Translations under genes and position numbers: made by a program
Assembly (NCBI GenBank): GCA_037379345.1
Contig: CM074513.1
Span: 40,420,885 to 40,484,884, forward strand
Length of the DNA stretch: 64,000 bases
Direction of reading: 5' to 3'
From: Perna viridis
Lineage: Eukaryota
Shown here: positions 61,743 through 64,000 of the stretch, in pieces
Position numbering within the stretch: the stretch's first letter is position 1
Layout: every line of letters begins with the position of its first letter
Notes under the pieces: generated by a model
Databases searched by the model: none
The model's input: only the letters and a program-made list of their open reading frames with translations
Told to the model about the DNA's origin: nothing

Positions 61743-62227
61743 ACCATGCACATTTTACAAAAAGTCTATCACATGATTTCGATTGTAAAAAGCGATTTCA
61801 CCCATAAAAAAGGTGTTGAAATTTTAACAATGTTAAACTTGTTTCCTCTGAAAGAAAGAAAGAAAGTTTTTTTTTATTTTTCTCAAAACAATATGAATTA
61901 AAATAAGAAAAAACAAATAGATTTCTCGTCAAGTCCTGTGGCAAAACTTTTTATGGTCGTCATCGTGAACTCGTGAATCGTTACGGTGTATGCATCTGCA
62001 TCATGAAAACTGATTTGTTCGACGTGCCATAGTTTTCGTTCCCTCTTTTGTCTACCTCGGACTTGACTTTTTATGAGCAACTCGGCAGGTGTTTCTAGAA
62101 AAGCAGAAGATGCTTATCCTACCAGTGCACCTGGTCCATGCTCACAGTTTTTAGTGGAGTCCGAGTTGCTCATTTACTTTTGTTACTTTGTATAAATTAT
62201 TTTAGTTACTTTATGTTCTTTGTTGTG
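61743..62227 (+). repeat. Second copy of the 460-485-bp duplicated segment
   Basis: ACCATGCACATTTTAC...GTTCTTTGTTGTG. Contains the 13-bp IR ATGAGCAACTCGG / CCGAGTTGCTCAT. Confidence 0.9.
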
Positions 62228-63836
62228 AAATTTCATAGAATACTAACTTATTAAATGTGTGTAGTATTTAATAATGTCATTGTATTTAGAGTACATAATA
62301 AGACTTCAATTCTCATTAAATATCCTCATACACACAACAATATGTGTATCAAAAATAATGCACATGTTTAATGTTGTCGTTCTAGGACCATGCTACCCAG
62401 GGAGTTTATATCGTAGAGGGACACAAATTGCTTACATATGCCCTTTATATATAAAAGCAGATACCAAATTTGAGATAAATCTGTCTAGCAGGAACCAAGA
62501 AAATTGTTAGCAGATAATCGTCACCGTCACGATCAAACCAAACCGGAACTTGTTCAGGAAGGGAAATAACTCTGTATACACAAAAAAGGAGGGTTATTAT
62601 AAAAATTAATTTGGATATGAATACAACCATTTTGTTATATTTATTTAATATAATTATTTAAAAAATATATTAAACTTAAATACATTTTTGTGGCTGAACA
62701 ACGTCACCTTGTTTTTTTTTGGAACGAATTAACTTTTTCAAACCCATGTTTGTACCTCAAATATTACATTAAAATCCTGAAAATGATAATATACATTATC
62801 AAGAATATTCATATAAATACTATCAAAACCAATCGGAACCTTTCAAGACTTAACAAGTTAAAAAGTAGGCTGTGATATGAGGTCAAACAAAGAGTTTATT
62901 CTTACGCATATCCGGGAACAGTTATTTAGGGTAATTTGGAGTTATCTCCTATTTGCCGTTCATACTTTCACATTCTTGGCGTTCATGGAAATACCGGAAG
63001 TTTACATTATATCTCAGTTTTGGCAGATTTTTGTGTACAAAAGATTATTATCGAGTCTCCCTTAGACCGGTTGGCCTTCTAGAATTTATATAGGTTTTCA
63101 TTTCATTCATATTTAAGCGCGCTTTAACTTCAATCTACAGAATTATTTTTATGCGTTAGTGTTCGTGTACATTCCATTTAAATGATGTTATACTATTCAG
63201 GAATAGTCAATGACTCATTCCTGTTTTTAGTTTTTGTGCCGGGAAATTTGAATTATAAGTCTGTATTTTTATTATCAGTGGTATTTTGGTCGCCCGGCAA
63301 GTCGATAAAATTATTAGCCAAAATTAGGGGCTGCCGGCCGGGTAAGTTTTTGCCAGCAATTCCTGGACCTGTATAAGGCGGGAAGCATTCCAAGATGGAA
63401 TATCCCTTTCACCAGAGAAAATAATGGTAGATATTTACTTCCGTTCTGACAACATCAAGTTTTATTTAAAGATAATTTTGTAGACAATCAGACCTTTTAA
63501 ATAGCTTAAAGTCCAAACTATTTGTGTAATTGAATGACAATGCGATATCCCACCACACTGACCAAAGTCAAATGGTACGATTTCACATACTGGACAGAGG
63601 CAACTTTTATATAATCGAACCTTTAATGTGATGGAAAACATGTATATACGTTAGTTAAATGTTTTAAGAGTTAACAAGTAGTTACAGTTATAGTAAAGAA
63701 GTAACGGTTTTCCGAAAAGTAAATTGGAAGAATCGCCAGACAGAGATATAATTTTCTGACGAAACCAAGAAGACCATGAAGTGGTAGAACAAAATGATTA
63801 TGAATTCAAAAAAATACCAGTTTTATGTATTTCGAT

Positions 63837-63880
63837 ATGCTGTACACGTGTTTCAAGGAATAACCTCTCATCAGCAGCAT
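63837..63880 (-). ncRNA. Minimal type I hammerhead ribozyme
   Basis: Minus strand reads ATGCTG CTGATGA GAGG TTATT CCTT GAAAC ACGT GTA^CAGCAT. Perfect 6-bp stem I, intact CUGAUGA and GAAA boxes, 4-bp stem II, short stem III with palindromic ACGU loop, GUA cleavage triplet. Confidence 0.85.
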
Positions 63881-64000
63881 TAAATCAAATATGTAGGAAT
63901 ATCGTAATCAAAATATTAGTGATATGCATGAAGTACTTTGGGTCAAGACTTTCTCGTTGAAAATGTTAGCAAAATTGACTACAGGAAACAATCACTTATC

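Overview
AT-rich, intron-containing eukaryotic genomic DNA. The gene and repeat content (C1q-domain pseudogene, DUR3-like transporter, repeat styles) points to a bivalve mollusc, probably Mytilus-like; this is inference. There are two spliced host genes, both on the minus strand: a synaptotagmin-4/11 orthologue (3 well-supported coding exons at 17547-25141 plus candidate first exons up to about 34.3 kb) and a DUR3-like urea/solute symporter (7 exons, 36370-47341, with a Cys/His-rich cassette exon). A decayed C1q-domain exon lies at about 3.7-4.0 kb. Mobile DNA dominates the rest. It includes an intact, very young BEL/Pao LTR retrotransposon (6004-13489, TACTG TSD, no canonical PBS), two full-length copies of a structured SINE-like element that lacks a tRNA head, and L2 and RTE-X-like LINE relics. 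Several MITEs and foldback elements, Helitron/HINE-like repeats and minisatellites are also present. Two findings stand out: a decayed DDE transposase apparently fused to a spindlin (Spin/Ssty) Tudor-like domain (59.1-61.7 kb), and an apparently intact minimal type I hammerhead ribozyme (63837-63880, minus strand) with a degenerate sibling at 14886-14928. All calls were made by eye; no database searches were run.
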